NCBI GenBank assembly: GCA_964650355.1
Contig: CAZYTL010000003.1
Span: 1,750 to 65,749 of the forward strand
Direction: 5' to 3'
Origin: an uncultured Gammaproteobacteria bacterium
GTDB taxonomy: Bacteria > Patescibacteriota > Microgenomatia > CAYXHB01 > CAZYTL01
Length of the DNA: 64,000 nucleotides
Notes under the pieces: model-generated
What the model was told of the DNA's origin: nothing
What the model saw: only the letters and a program-made list of their open reading frames with translations
Databases searched by the model: none
In this document: one piece after another, positions 21,850 to 31,739 of the stretch
Position numbering within the stretch: the first letter of the stretch is position 1
Layout of the letters: every line of letters begins with the position of its first letter
Program-made: the position numbers and the translations under genes

Positions 21850-21884
21850 TTACCGATTACAGTTTACTATTTACTGATTACTCT
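21850..21884. repeat. Heptamer tandem repeat (TTACNNN x5) next to the ligase stop codon
   Basis: ttaccga-ttacagt-ttactat-ttactga-ttactct; same unit family as 593-620. Confidence 0.7.
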
Positions 21885-23878
21885 CACTTCTGCAACTCAA
21901 ACAACCGTACGACCTCCTCCAACGTACTTGCCTGCTCCGCCCCTTTGTCGTCCCGAAACTTCACCAGTCGCGGAAACCGCAACCCGTAATCAGAAGTATG
22001 CACCTTTGACTTCGTAATATTATCCGCCGCAATCTCTACCACCAGTTCTGGTCTCACCCACACATCCGGCTGCAAATTCTTATTCACCTCATATTCTTTG
22101 GGCTGCTTCTCGACTTCCAATTTCTTTAATCTGCCTTGCAGATCGCCAAACTGCTCATCCGTCAATCCCGTCCCGATCTTGGACACAGTTAAATAACCAC
22201 TCTTTAACTTCCCATCCTTTCTTTTAATTGTCCGATCCTCGTTACCGCGTACGCCTACGAGAAACGCTCCCAACCCAAACTTTGCTCTCTGCCCTCTGCC
22301 CCGGTAGTATCCCATGACCACACAATCCAATGTATCCGCCAACCCCGCCTTTGCTTCCTCCACCTCTTTCATCTTCACCCAATTCCACCCTTTCCTACCC
22401 GGAACATACGGACTGCCCCATCGCTTAATAATTACTCCCTCCAGCCCCGTTTTCAAATATTTCTTATGCAAATTACGACATTGATTAGCATCTTTCGTCA
22501 CCAATTGAGGAACTATTTCCAACACTTTACCTTTCTTTATCACCTTCTCTAGCAACTTCCTCCGGTCACTCAAAGGCAGGCCATGTACGTCCCCATCGCG
22601 CCCTTTAGCTTCTTTAACGTACAAAATATCAAAACACATGAACTTCAACGGCACTTTCCCTCTCTGCTCCTCAACTGCGTACTTCCTCTTCCTGGTCATC
22701 GTTACCTGAAAAGGTAGCCACTTGCCTGTTTTCGGGTCCACCCCAATGGCCTCGCAATCAAAAATCGCCTCCTGCATACCTCTATCTAATTGATCAGCAA
22801 TTGTATGCAATTCAGGAAACATATAACTATTCTCCTCCAAATTCCTGGTGAAACTCCTCACCTGCCAACTATCTTCCCGTTTGCCTGCTCTCCGCCTCCA
22901 ATGTATCTGCAGTCTCGTTCCGTCGTATTTCGGTTCCACTGCCACCTCTCCCATCTTTTCCAAGATCTCATCAAAACTCTTCAGCCTCTGGCACAACTCC
23001 GCCACCACCGGTGTACCTAAACGGACCTTTACCTTACCCAAAGCTCGGGTTATCTCACTTGACAGAGCTGATAAACTCTTTAAATCAGCTCTATCATCCT
23101 GAGCAGACCCCAAACCATGTGGGGTTTGAGGCTGTCGAAGGATCTTGGCTACTCTACTCCTTACTTGCTTCGCAATCAGTCCCACATCCGCCGCCACATT
23201 ATAGGCGTCCTCCAACTCCTCGTGCAGCGACTTATCCCCCGTCACCATCCAGCTCAACCCGTCCAAAATCGTCATCTCCCCGAACCCCAGCCGCAGCTTT
23301 CCCACCGGAATCCGAGCTATATACTTAGCACTCACTTTATCTACTGACCTCAACAAATCGGCTAACCCTTTTACCTTCCTTTCCTGACTCCCCCTCCCTT
23401 CATCCAGGGCAATCTCCATCAACCGCCTATAAGCCTCATTAACCGACATCTGTCCCTTCACATTTGACAAGGACGATAAACGATTAAAATCGTCCTTGTC
23501 ATCCTGAGCAGACCTCAAACCATGTGAGGTTTGAGGCTGTCGAAGGATCTCTACCTTTTTTTTCTTATTTTCAGCCAAGCTACCCGCTACTAACCCCAAG
23601 TCACCTTCCTTCTTATAGGCTCTCTTCACCTCATCCACTTCCACCTCATAAGCCTGTGCCAAAACTCTCACCATCATTTTTTCCGCCACATTAAACTCCG
23701 TCATTGAGTGTTTTGGCCCCAACTGCCCCAAACTCAAATACACTACTTTATCTATCTCGTTCTGCTTTGCAGAAACAAACAACTCAGCCAATAATCTCGT
23801 CATCTTCAACCGCCCGGACACCTTCTCTAACTTTTCCCAAAACTCAGCCAATTTTCTAAACTCCATCTTCCCTATCAT
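21884..23878 (-). CDS. lig: ATP-dependent DNA ligase (archaeal/eukaryote-like) carrying two ~29-aa repeat insertions
   Basis: Motif I EPKYDG, FDIL, EGVIIK, WVKMK, GTG, LRFPR..R.DK. Confidence 0.93.
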   Translation of the reverse strand: MIGKMEFRKLAEFWEKLEKVSGRLKMTRLLAELFVSAKQNEIDKVVYLSLGQLGPKHSMTEFNVAEKMMVRVLAQAYEVEVDEVKRAYKKEGDLGLVAGSLAENKKKKVEILRQPQTSHGLRSAQDDKDDFNRLSSLSNVKGQMSVNEAYRRLMEIALDEGRGSQERKVKGLADLLRSVDKVSAKYIARIPVGKLRLGFGEMTILDGLSWMVTGDKSLHEELEDAYNVAADVGLIAKQVRSRVAKILRQPQTPHGLGSAQDDRADLKSLSALSSEITRALGKVKVRLGTPVVAELCQRLKSFDEILEKMGEVAVEPKYDGTRLQIHWRRRAGKREDSWQVRSFTRNLEENSYMFPELHTIADQLDRGMQEAIFDCEAIGVDPKTGKWLPFQVTMTRKRKYAVEEQRGKVPLKFMCFDILYVKEAKGRDGDVHGLPLSDRRKLLEKVIKKGKVLEIVPQLVTKDANQCRNLHKKYLKTGLEGVIIKRWGSPYVPGRKGWNWVKMKEVEEAKAGLADTLDCVVMGYYRGRGQRAKFGLGAFLVGVRGNEDRTIKRKDGKLKSGYLTVSKIGTGLTDEQFGDLQGRLKKLEVEKQPKEYEVNKNLQPDVWVRPELVVEIAADNITKSKVHTSDYGLRFPRLVKFRDDKGAEQASTLEEVVRLFELQK
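23060..23145. repeat. 86-nt double-hairpin palindromic element, copy A (in frame within lig)
   Basis: Stems tgacagagctgat/atcagctctatca and ccccaaacc/ggtttgagg; core atcctgagc...gtcgaaggatct. Confidence 0.9.
23465..23550. repeat. 86-nt double-hairpin palindromic element, copy B (in frame within lig)
   Basis: Perfect stems tgacaaggacgat/atcgtccttgtca and cctcaaacc/ggtttgagg. Confidence 0.9.
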
Positions 23879-23887
23879 AACACTACT

Positions 23888-24907
23888 CTACCCGCTCTTT
23901 CCTCCCCACCTATATCCTCTTCCCCTGCAACTCTCAATCAGTTCATCCGCAAAACCCTGACTCTGCAACTTCCTTCTCAATCTTTGTACCAACTTTCTCA
24001 TAGCCCACAAAGAAAATTTCTCTGGCTCATCAGGCCACAAATTATCCCCCATCGTCTCCCAAGCCACTACCCTTCCCCTATTCTCTACCAAGCATTTCAA
24101 CAACCAATACTCGCTTTTAGTCAAACCTTTGATCATTCGCTCATTCACCCAAATATCATCCTCCTTAATCTCTGCTTTCAACCCAGCTAATATCCCCAAC
24201 TTGCACATATAATCGTTTGCCTTATCAATCCACTGTTGGTCCACCGCTGTCTTTAGTCCTCTCGTCGTCCCCACAAAGCCAGGAAACAACTTCGACAATC
24301 CACCATATCTAAAAAGTAAATCTACAAATACCTCACTCTCTTCCCAGGAATAACCTTCCACTCTCACCGAATTCATCACCAACGCCGACAACACCCCATG
24401 CGCCAACCTATCTACGCTTATATCTTGTCTCCACCAAACTGCCAAATTCAAAACTCTCTCATTCATATCGCCCATAGAATAACTTACGCCTGATCCATAC
24501 TCGGTTGGCTTAATCAATAACTTTACCTCTTTATCAACCATCTCAGGAAATACGCTTCCCACATTCTTCCAAAAATCATCCTCAACCGTCTCCCATTTTT
24601 CCCTCAAAGTTTCTACATCCATCTGCCTTTCCTTCACCAAACCATTAATCCTTTTCGCAAGCTCATCTTCTCTCCAAATTAGCGACCCGTAATCTGTCTT
24701 TGCCACCTGACCCCAAAACCCTTTCTCTACTTCATCATAGTTCCAGTCAGGCAAATAAACCGCCTTCCAAACGTTCCCCACTACCTCTGGTAACACCAAA
24801 AACCCGTGCTTAAAATAAAACAAATTCGCCGTCTTTGCCGCAGTGTTCACGACCCGACAAGCCTCAGTTTCCCGAGAATATTCCCAATTAGTAGTTACTT
24901 TCATCAC
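23888..24907 (-). CDS. Protein with C-terminal OmpR/PhoB-type winged-helix DNA-binding domain
   Basis: LTKSEYWLL..L..NRGRVV...LW...SLWAM.KLVQRLRRKL...IESCRGRGY. Confidence 0.8.
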   Translation of the reverse strand: MMKVTTNWEYSRETEACRVVNTAAKTANLFYFKHGFLVLPEVVGNVWKAVYLPDWNYDEVEKGFWGQVAKTDYGSLIWREDELAKRINGLVKERQMDVETLREKWETVEDDFWKNVGSVFPEMVDKEVKLLIKPTEYGSGVSYSMGDMNERVLNLAVWWRQDISVDRLAHGVLSALVMNSVRVEGYSWEESEVFVDLLFRYGGLSKLFPGFVGTTRGLKTAVDQQWIDKANDYMCKLGILAGLKAEIKEDDIWVNERMIKGLTKSEYWLLKCLVENRGRVVAWETMGDNLWPDEPEKFSLWAMRKLVQRLRRKLQSQGFADELIESCRGRGYRWGGKSG

Positions 24908-24987
24908 TCATATTCTACCGCAACTTCGCAAATGTCCCCCAAAAGTCACGCACAGTTAGTTCTTCAAAAACTATAATCTATTAAACG

Positions 24988-25392
24988 ATGCCTATAAACC
25001 TAAAACAGCCAACCCCAGAAACAATTATGCCCCTTTCAGTAGCTAAAAGCATCGCCAGAAGAGCTGCGCAATATAGAATTCCACCCATTTCCCAGACTTT
25101 TATTGATCAAGACAACTGGGCATCTAGTGGAGGAATCTTTATTACCGGGGCAGAAATCCTTAACCGTCATGATCCCACTTGGCACGCGAGAAACGATATT
25201 CATCCATCCAAACTATACGAATACACTGAGTACCTCCACCCAGATGGTCCCTGGTTCCAAGCTTGGTGTACAAAAACCGTAAGAGCACCCCTGAAAAGTA
25301 CCATGGAAAGAGTGACAAGAGCATACCTTACAATAAAAACGCGGAGTGAAACCCTACCTCCGGAAATTATCTCTAGTCTTTTTCCAATGTAA
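24988..25392 (+). CDS. Hypothetical protein
   Basis: 134-aa ORF filling the gap, preceded by TATAAT. Confidence 0.55.
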   Translation: MPINLKQPTPETIMPLSVAKSIARRAAQYRIPPISQTFIDQDNWASSGGIFITGAEILNRHDPTWHARNDIHPSKLYEYTEYLHPDGPWFQAWCTKTVRAPLKSTMERVTRAYLTIKTRSETLPPEIISSLFPM

Positions 25393-25428
25393 CATCTTCT
25401 TCACCCTCCAATCAGATATTCGATTCAT

Positions 25429-26994
25429 CTACCTGCACGTCCAATGATCCGGCACGTAAGCACACCACCAATATTTCAGTGTGGGTGTCGGAGTCGGCTC
25501 TGTCCCTGGCGTTGGCGTCGCTGTTGGAGAAACAGGTGTAGGAGTTAACGTCGGAGTCTGAGTCGGTGTTGGAGGAATCGGTATCGGCGTATCCGTAGGC
25601 GATACCGGGGTAGGCGTACTTGTTGGCTCTATCGGTGTCGGTGTCTGAGTCGGTGTACTCGTCGGTGGCACCGGAGTTAACGTTGGAGTCATTGTGACTG
25701 TCGGAGTTGCCGTCGGCGTCATCGTCGGTAAACCTCCACCACCTACGGCACCACAATCTACTGCCGCACATGCGTCAATCCTCCCAAAACTCCAATAACT
25801 TCCAGTTCCGGGGATCTTTTCCGCAGTTGATTCAATCTGCTGCCTTACCTGTTGATTACTCCACGCCAGATGCTCCCCCTTTACCAACCCTGCTAAGCCC
25901 GCCACCCAGGGACTAGCCATCGACGTCCCTGACAGACTTATATATCCTCCGTTATTATAAGTAGATAAAATCGCCACTCCCGGCGCCGCCACGTCTACCC
26001 AACTTCCGTAAGTCGACCAACTCGGCCTAGTATCATTTTCGTCTATCGCCCCCACCGCGATCACGTCAGAATAGTAAGCAGGATATACCGGATAACTTCT
26101 TCCATTATTCCCTGCCGCAGCCACCACCACTACTCCCCTGTTCCATGCATCCTCAATCGCTCTTTGCAACGTCCTTGACGGATAAGATCCGCCCAAACTC
26201 AAATTAATCACCTCTGCCCCGTTATCCACTGCCCAGGTGACTCCGTCCGCCACCCAAGAATAATATCCGCTTCCGTCATCATCCAACACCTTCACCGAAA
26301 ACAATCTCCCTTCATAGGCCATCCCCGCCACCCCCTTGCCATTATTAGTCATTGCTCCTGCAATTCCTGCCACATGCGTCCCGTGCCCGTTACCGTCATC
26401 GTCACCGTCGGTAGTAAAATTCGCCCTTTTAACCACCTTACTAGCCAAATCCTCATGACCCCTGTCAATTCCTGTATCCACAATCGCGATGTCTACCTGG
26501 CTTGAACCATGAGTCGCACTCCAGGCTCCGAAGGCCTTCACCTTATCTAATCCCCATTGACTACCAACTAAAGAATCATTAGGCACCTCTAACGCTTCTG
26601 CCACGTAATCCGGCTCCGCATACTCCACCCATAAACTCCTTCCCAATTCATCAGCCATCATTCTCGCCTCCGTACTTCCACTCCCCTTAATTTTCCCTCG
26701 AATCACCAAAGTATCCGCCATTTCCATCTTCTGCTCCTTCACCACCTCGATATTCCTTAACACCACCTTCTTGACCCATTCCGGCGTCCATCTTCTCCAC
26801 TTCACAATCACCCGTTCACTCTCACTCCCGGCTACCGCAACCCCCTGCCCTCCCACTTCAGCCTTCACTCCCCCATACCACCAGCCACTCATTGCCACTA
26901 ATAAACCGACTATCACTACTACCGCGAATCTGATCCTCGCCTTTCCCATATATCGATTATCCCTCACCATACTACCTTTTCCTTCCTCAGTCAA
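25429..26994 (-). CDS. Secreted S8 subtilisin/thermitase-like serine protease with Pro/Thr-rich tail
   Basis: Catalytic triad IVDTG, HGTHVAG, GTSMA; N-terminal TM/signal; PT linker and C-terminal WWC..VP..WTC. Confidence 0.93.
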   Translation of the reverse strand: MTEEGKGSMVRDNRYMGKARIRFAVVVIVGLLVAMSGWWYGGVKAEVGGQGVAVAGSESERVIVKWRRWTPEWVKKVVLRNIEVVKEQKMEMADTLVIRGKIKGSGSTEARMMADELGRSLWVEYAEPDYVAEALEVPNDSLVGSQWGLDKVKAFGAWSATHGSSQVDIAIVDTGIDRGHEDLASKVVKRANFTTDGDDDGNGHGTHVAGIAGAMTNNGKGVAGMAYEGRLFSVKVLDDDGSGYYSWVADGVTWAVDNGAEVINLSLGGSYPSRTLQRAIEDAWNRGVVVVAAAGNNGRSYPVYPAYYSDVIAVGAIDENDTRPSWSTYGSWVDVAAPGVAILSTYNNGGYISLSGTSMASPWVAGLAGLVKGEHLAWSNQQVRQQIESTAEKIPGTGSYWSFGRIDACAAVDCGAVGGGGLPTMTPTATPTVTMTPTLTPVPPTSTPTQTPTPIEPTSTPTPVSPTDTPIPIPPTPTQTPTLTPTPVSPTATPTPGTEPTPTPTLKYWWCAYVPDHWTCR

Positions 26995-27030
26995 TTCATA
27001 GAATCAACAAATCACCATCCCAATTCTCCT

Positions 27031-27465
27031 TCACCCATACGGCAAGGGCAAATTAATCTTCATAATACTGATCCCGAAAAAATTCTCTATCACCCTGATC
27101 ACGGCATAAGACACCGCCACAATCGCTAACCCCGTGAATGCCGACATAATCCTTCCCCTGGCTGCCTCCACTTTTGACTTCTCCCCTCCTGAGATAATCC
27201 ACTGAAACCCGCCCATCACCACTGACCCAAAAAACAAAATTCCTGACACATAAAGCCCCAAACTCAACAACGCCCCCGCAAACTCCCCGATACTGGTAAT
27301 CGAAAACTGCTCCACCGTCTGCCTGGGGATCTCAATCGCCCCACTCGGATTATACTGGGCCATCACTACCCCACTAGCCGCCATTCGATTTAGCTTCTTC
27401 CAGCTTTTCCAAACGAATTTCAGCTTCTTCATATACAGTTCTCCCAGTAACTTTAACCGTTTCAT
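27031..27465 (-). CDS. CPR-type pilin (TrbC/VirB2-like)
   Basis: GGFQWIISGGEKSKVEAARGRI..A.TGL.IV..SY pattern with two TM helices. Start uncertain. Confidence 0.75.
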   Translation of the reverse strand: MKRLKLLGELYMKKLKFVWKSWKKLNRMAASGVVMAQYNPSGAIEIPRQTVEQFSITSIGEFAGALLSLGLYVSGILFFGSVVMGGFQWIISGGEKSKVEAARGRIMSAFTGLAIVAVSYAVIRVIENFFGISIMKINLPLPYG

Positions 27466-27805
27466 ATACTACTATATAATTTAATCCACAAAGAACAGTA
27501 CATACCGATGGCCCCGATGACTATCGGTATATCCCCCTCCTTATCACTTATCGTATCGATTCTAAAAATTTCATTCGGATCATTCGGATGAATTAGTATA
27601 TTAGGATCGCCCCCAAGCCGACTTAGGGTCTATACAAACAACTCGAATTAACACCCCATGCTACCAATATAAAATGTTTAATTAACCTATCTCATTACAC
27701 CAGTCTCGACTGAGAACTCCATGAGTCGCGACTGAAACTTTCTTCAAATTAACCATCAAAAAAGGTAAAATATTCCTATCCTCAATCTCCTCATCAACCT
27801 AGCCT

Positions 27806-28051
27806 ATGACCCCAGCCCCCACTCTGCTCCACCGTCGCCAACAAATCCTCGCTAAAATTAATCGACTAAAAAAACAAATCGCCGAAGAAAGAGAAAATGA
27901 GGAAGTCTACCCCGGCCACGAAAGCACTTGGCGAGTTGATACTGAAAACCAACTCCAGGTGCTCACCACCCACCTCAACCAAATCAATCAGGTTCTCCAG
28001 CGCTCGAAACCTCAAGCATCCCAACGCACATCCCAACACAAAAACAAATAA
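27806..28051 (+). CDS. Small coiled-coil hypothetical protein
   Basis: 81-aa ORF with two amphipathic helices and an acidic turn. Confidence 0.55.
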   Translation: MTPAPTLLHRRQQILAKINRLKKQIAEERENEEVYPGHESTWRVDTENQLQVLTTHLNQINQVLQRSKPQASQRTSQHKNK

Positions 28052-28136
28052 TCACTTCAGTTAGTCCACTTCCAAGCCAGCCCCCTCATAAACTCAATCT
28101 TGTCTCTCCATCCCTCCTTATGCCATAATCTAATCA

Positions 28137-28880
28137 ATGCCCCTACTCGTCTTTCTCTTAATCATTATCTTCCTCCTCCTCACCGGTGTGCGCATCGTTG
28201 ATCAATACGAACGCGGCGTCATCCTCACCTTGGGTAAATACTCCGAAACCAAACAACCCGGCCTCAACTGGATCATCCCCATCGTCCAGCGCATGATCAA
28301 AGTCGACCTCCGCATCACTACCGTTGACATTCCCCAACAGGAAGTCATCACCAAAGATAATGTCCCCGTGGGCATCAACGCCGTCGTCTATTTCCAGGTA
28401 GAAAAAGCCGAGGACGCCATCCTTAAAATTCAAAACTATTCCTACGCCGTTTCCCAATACGCCCAGGCCGCCCTCCGCGACGTCATCGGCGGCGTAGAAC
28501 TCGACACCCTACTCACCGAACGTCACGAACTCGCCACCCAAATTAAAAACCTCGTTGATGAAGAAACCAACGCCTGGGGTATTAACGTTACCGCCATCAA
28601 AATCCAGGACATCGAACTTCCGGCCGACATGAAGCGTGCTATGGCCAAACAGGCTGAAGCCGAGCGCGGTCGTCGCGCCGTCATCATCACCGCCGAAGGC
28701 GAATTCACCGCTTCTGAAAAACTCAAACTCGCCGCCCAAAACCTGGCCGACGGCGGTATCTCCATCCGCACCCTCCAAACCATCGAATCCACTACCGCCA
28801 ACCCCGCCAACACCGTCGTCTTCGCCCTGCCTACCGAAATCCTCAAAGGCTTCAAAAACCTCATCAAAGGCCAACAGTAA
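28137..28880 (+). CDS. SPFH/band-7 (slipin/stomatin) protein
   Basis: QYERGV, VDLR, QEVITKDNV, RAMAKQAEAER. Confidence 0.95.
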   Translation: MPLLVFLLIIIFLLLTGVRIVDQYERGVILTLGKYSETKQPGLNWIIPIVQRMIKVDLRITTVDIPQQEVITKDNVPVGINAVVYFQVEKAEDAILKIQNYSYAVSQYAQAALRDVIGGVELDTLLTERHELATQIKNLVDEETNAWGINVTAIKIQDIELPADMKRAMAKQAEAERGRRAVIITAEGEFTASEKLKLAAQNLADGGISIRTLQTIESTTANPANTVVFALPTEILKGFKNLIKGQQ

Positions 28881-28894
28881 TAAAAACCAATTAC

Positions 28895-29410
28895 ATGACC
28901 CCCCTTAGCCCCGTCTTAATTCTTATCGGGCTACTCTCCTTAATTTCACCTCCCCTTGTATACGCCAACATGGTTGGTCTTGCCCCTCCCCATCAATTAC
29001 TTGGCTTTCTTCTGGAATTTACCTTTATTACCGGTCCACTTAATGGACTTATCGAATTTACTGTTTTGTGGCTACTTCTAAGAAAAAACCTTACCGGACA
29101 GTGGCTATTCAAAAACGCCATCATCATCAATCTCCTCACTTTCCTTCCCACTCAAAAACTTTTCACTTTCACCAGATACTCCTTATTTAATTTTGTAACT
29201 TACCGACCTTACGACTCCCTTGTTACCATCTCAATTCTATTTTTCGTTGAAATCTTCCCCGTCACCATGGAATATCTTTTCTACAAATGGCGTCTCTCCA
29301 AACCATCTAACAACAAATCTCTAGCCCATACCTCAAATAAAAAATTACTCTTATCCGTTATCTGTGCTAATCTTGTTACTACCTCCTTGGGAGTTCTGCT
29401 TTTCATCTAA
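28895..29410 (+). CDS. Hypothetical membrane protein
   Basis: Multiple TM helices with repeated IE/N motifs. Confidence 0.65.
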   Translation: MTPLSPVLILIGLLSLISPPLVYANMVGLAPPHQLLGFLLEFTFITGPLNGLIEFTVLWLLLRKNLTGQWLFKNAIIINLLTFLPTQKLFTFTRYSLFNFVTYRPYDSLVTISILFFVEIFPVTMEYLFYKWRLSKPSNNKSLAHTSNKKLLLSVICANLVTTSLGVLLFI

Positions 29411-29449
29411 CCCAATACTACATCAATTTAAGCGTTTCACCATTCAATC

Positions 29450-29872
29450 ATGCCGCCATCTAAACACTCTTTCCTTGTCCCTCAGCACACCTCACCCGAA
29501 GAAATCACGCGCCAGGTAAAACAACAAGCTAGAATTTCTTACCTCATCTTCATCTTGCTCTTCTTCTTTATCACTTTGATTGTAGAATTTTTTGTTAAAC
29601 CTCAATTCACGACGCTTTTATCAGACGATCAACAAGCCTTTATCCTTAAATACAGTTTATATCCTCCAATAATTATACTTCTTTTCTGCTCAGTTATCAG
29701 CTATTACTATACCCGAAACCCCAAATACACCAGCCAGCCAGTCAAAGATAACCTTATAAGAGTCAGTTCACAAAAAACCAAATTACTTCTACCAATTATT
29801 ATCTTAATTCTATTACTTTCAACTGCATATCAACTTTTCACCATCATCACATCCGCCTACATTATTAACTAA
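29450..29872 (+). CDS. Hypothetical membrane protein
   Basis: Three hydrophobic helices. Confidence 0.55.
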   Translation: MPPSKHSFLVPQHTSPEEITRQVKQQARISYLIFILLFFFITLIVEFFVKPQFTTLLSDDQQAFILKYSLYPPIIILLFCSVISYYYTRNPKYTSQPVKDNLIRVSSQKTKLLLPIIILILLLSTAYQLFTIITSAYIIN

Positions 29873-29900
29873 ATCTCACCTCCATGCATAATTCACCTTC

Positions 29901-30419
29901 TTAATTTGTCCCGCTCAATCGTGGCATTTTCTTAAACACCTTCGGGCTAAACCCCAAAGCTTTAGCTGCCTCCTCTGCTGCCTGCAAATTTGCCGCCCCA
30001 TCCTCCACTATTACATCTATCCGTGCCAACTGTTTAAAAATCTGCGTCCAAACCGCCCTCTCCTTTTTGCTCCCATAATCAGACATATCAAATATTTTCT
30101 TTGCTACATTTCCTAAACCTAACCTTTCTAATATCAACCTTGAAGTCGCCACCAAAGCTGTTGAAACCACCACCAGCTCATAATCTTCCAAACTAGCCCT
30201 CAAATTCTCCACAGCAAACTTATTTGAATAAATCTTTAACCTCCCAGACCGGACCGCCTCCAGTTCACCTTCTAACTGCGACTTTATATCTGCATCTGCC
30301 TTTCCCAACTTAAACATTGCCTTCTCAAACACCTTCTCGTGCTTATTAGGATCAAATCCAGGATCATAACTATACAACACCCCGCCCATATCCGACACCA
30401 ACACCTTCATCAAGCCCAT
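29901..30419 (-). CDS. HAD-superfamily hydrolase
   Basis: Motif I DMGGVL, VVST, K, VED...NL.AA..LG. Confidence 0.75.
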   Translation of the reverse strand: MGLMKVLVSDMGGVLYSYDPGFDPNKHEKVFEKAMFKLGKADADIKSQLEGELEAVRSGRLKIYSNKFAVENLRASLEDYELVVVSTALVATSRLILERLGLGNVAKKIFDMSDYGSKKERAVWTQIFKQLARIDVIVEDGAANLQAAEEAAKALGFSPKVFKKMPRLSGTN

Positions 30420-30426
30420 TATACAC

Positions 30427-30747
30427 TCAAAAACTGTGTCCTAATTCACTTAATTTCAGCCACACTCGCACGTCTCCCAACTCAGGAAACTCCTTCATCA
30501 AAAAATCCCGTAACTCATTAGCGATTTCATCCTCTCTTTCAACTCGCTCCTTAAATGCATGCACAGACACCTCCAACTCTACCTCGCCAATCATTTGTCC
30601 ACTTACTTTAATAAACCTGATACTAATTTCCTTTTCCGTCAATCTAATCTCTCCGCAACTCAGACGTTCTGCTGCAAAAGGGCGTAACTTAAGAACAATC
30701 TCCTTTTCCTTTAATCGGTCTTTCGCATACACATTAATCGTCGGCAT
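30427..30747 (-). CDS. Tautomerase/MIF-fold-like small protein
   Basis: Begins MPTINV (Pro1 after Met removal); about 105 aa with a beta-alpha-beta pattern. Confidence 0.5.
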   Translation of the reverse strand: MPTINVYAKDRLKEKEIVLKLRPFAAERLSCGEIRLTEKEISIRFIKVSGQMIGEVELEVSVHAFKERVEREDEIANELRDFLMKEFPELGDVRVWLKLSELGHSF

Positions 30748-30861
30748 ATCCAAATCTTACCACAAACCGATCACCATCCTGCTCAGCAAAATCAACAGAA
30801 CATGACCCTTATTATCAGTTTACATCTGTCCTTTTATCTGATTTTATCCGTCGAGTCTACT

Positions 30862-31659
30862 TCACACCTGCATCAAAAACTCCTCCGCCAACTTCCCCGC
30901 CTCTCCGTTCGCCCGGTAAAAATTCTTCCACACCACCACAATATCCGCTCCGTTAAACACCGCCGATTGAATCTCCCGCGGCTTATCCCCCCCTGCCACC
31001 GACACCATCACATTAAACGCCCCCTTAATCTTATTAATCATCTGAATCGGCAACGGCTTGTCAGAAAACTCCTCCTCATCCACCCCCCGGTGCAAAATCA
31101 CCACCTGCGGCAACTGCTTCAACTTTCTCAGCACCTTGTAAGGCTGCTCCACATTCATCATATCCACCATTGCATCCACCCCGTGCTCCTCGCACTCAGC
31201 CATAAACGCATCCAAAGATTCCACCGGCGCCATCCCCAAAGCCACCGCCCCACTCGCCCCCGCCTCTGCCGCAATCTGCACCTCAGTCGACCCCCGATCC
31301 ATCATCTTCAAATCCGCCACCACATAAGCTTGTGCCATTTCCTGACTCAGCCCTCCCTCATTCCTCATCCCCGGACTCTTCATCCCCGACTTTAACAACA
31401 TCCCCAATATCCCAGTGAACTGAACACTTTCTTCCTTATCATAAACCAGATTCTGTCCCATCAAATGTGTCCGATACCAATACTTAATCCTCCTAATCCC
31501 TTCCGCTCCATAGCGCTTAATCAATGGCGTCCCCGCCTCTACAATAATCCGCTCGCTTCTAGGCAACTGACTGATAATCCGTCGTGCATCGCTCAACGTC
31601 CCGTTCAGCGCCACCTGCAAATACCTTTTCTTCGGATCCAATAATGAATTCCTTTTCAC
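30862..31659 (-). CDS. 3-hexulose-6-phosphate synthase / OMP-decarboxylase-family TIM barrel
   Basis: YLQVAL, EAGTPLIK.YG, VADLKMMD, LHRGVDEE, VAGG, GADIVVV. Confidence 0.8.
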   Translation of the reverse strand: MKRNSLLDPKKRYLQVALNGTLSDARRIISQLPRSERIIVEAGTPLIKRYGAEGIRRIKYWYRTHLMGQNLVYDKEESVQFTGILGMLLKSGMKSPGMRNEGGLSQEMAQAYVVADLKMMDRGSTEVQIAAEAGASGAVALGMAPVESLDAFMAECEEHGVDAMVDMMNVEQPYKVLRKLKQLPQVVILHRGVDEEEFSDKPLPIQMINKIKGAFNVMVSVAGGDKPREIQSAVFNGADIVVVWKNFYRANGEAGKLAEEFLMQV

Positions 31660-31739
31660 TAATTACATTCTACGATCTCCATGGATTCTTCACAATCAGC
31701 ACCCACCGAAAGTCGACCCCACCCACATCCGCACCCTTT

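Noticed and set aside
21884-23878. Inteins as the explanation for the ligase insertions
   Set aside because: The inserts are only ~29 aa, lack C/S...HN termini and correspond to a DNA palindrome.
25470-25730. Repetitive gtcggt/gtcgga tract resembling a tandem array
   Set aside because: It encodes the Pro/Thr linker of the S8 protease and has no repeat-spacer structure. The overlapping 119-aa ORF is an alternative-frame artefact.
27701-27734. Twin short palindromes cagtctcgactg and agtcgcgact
   Set aside because: They could be an operator, but they occur only once here with no linked regulator, so chance cannot be excluded.
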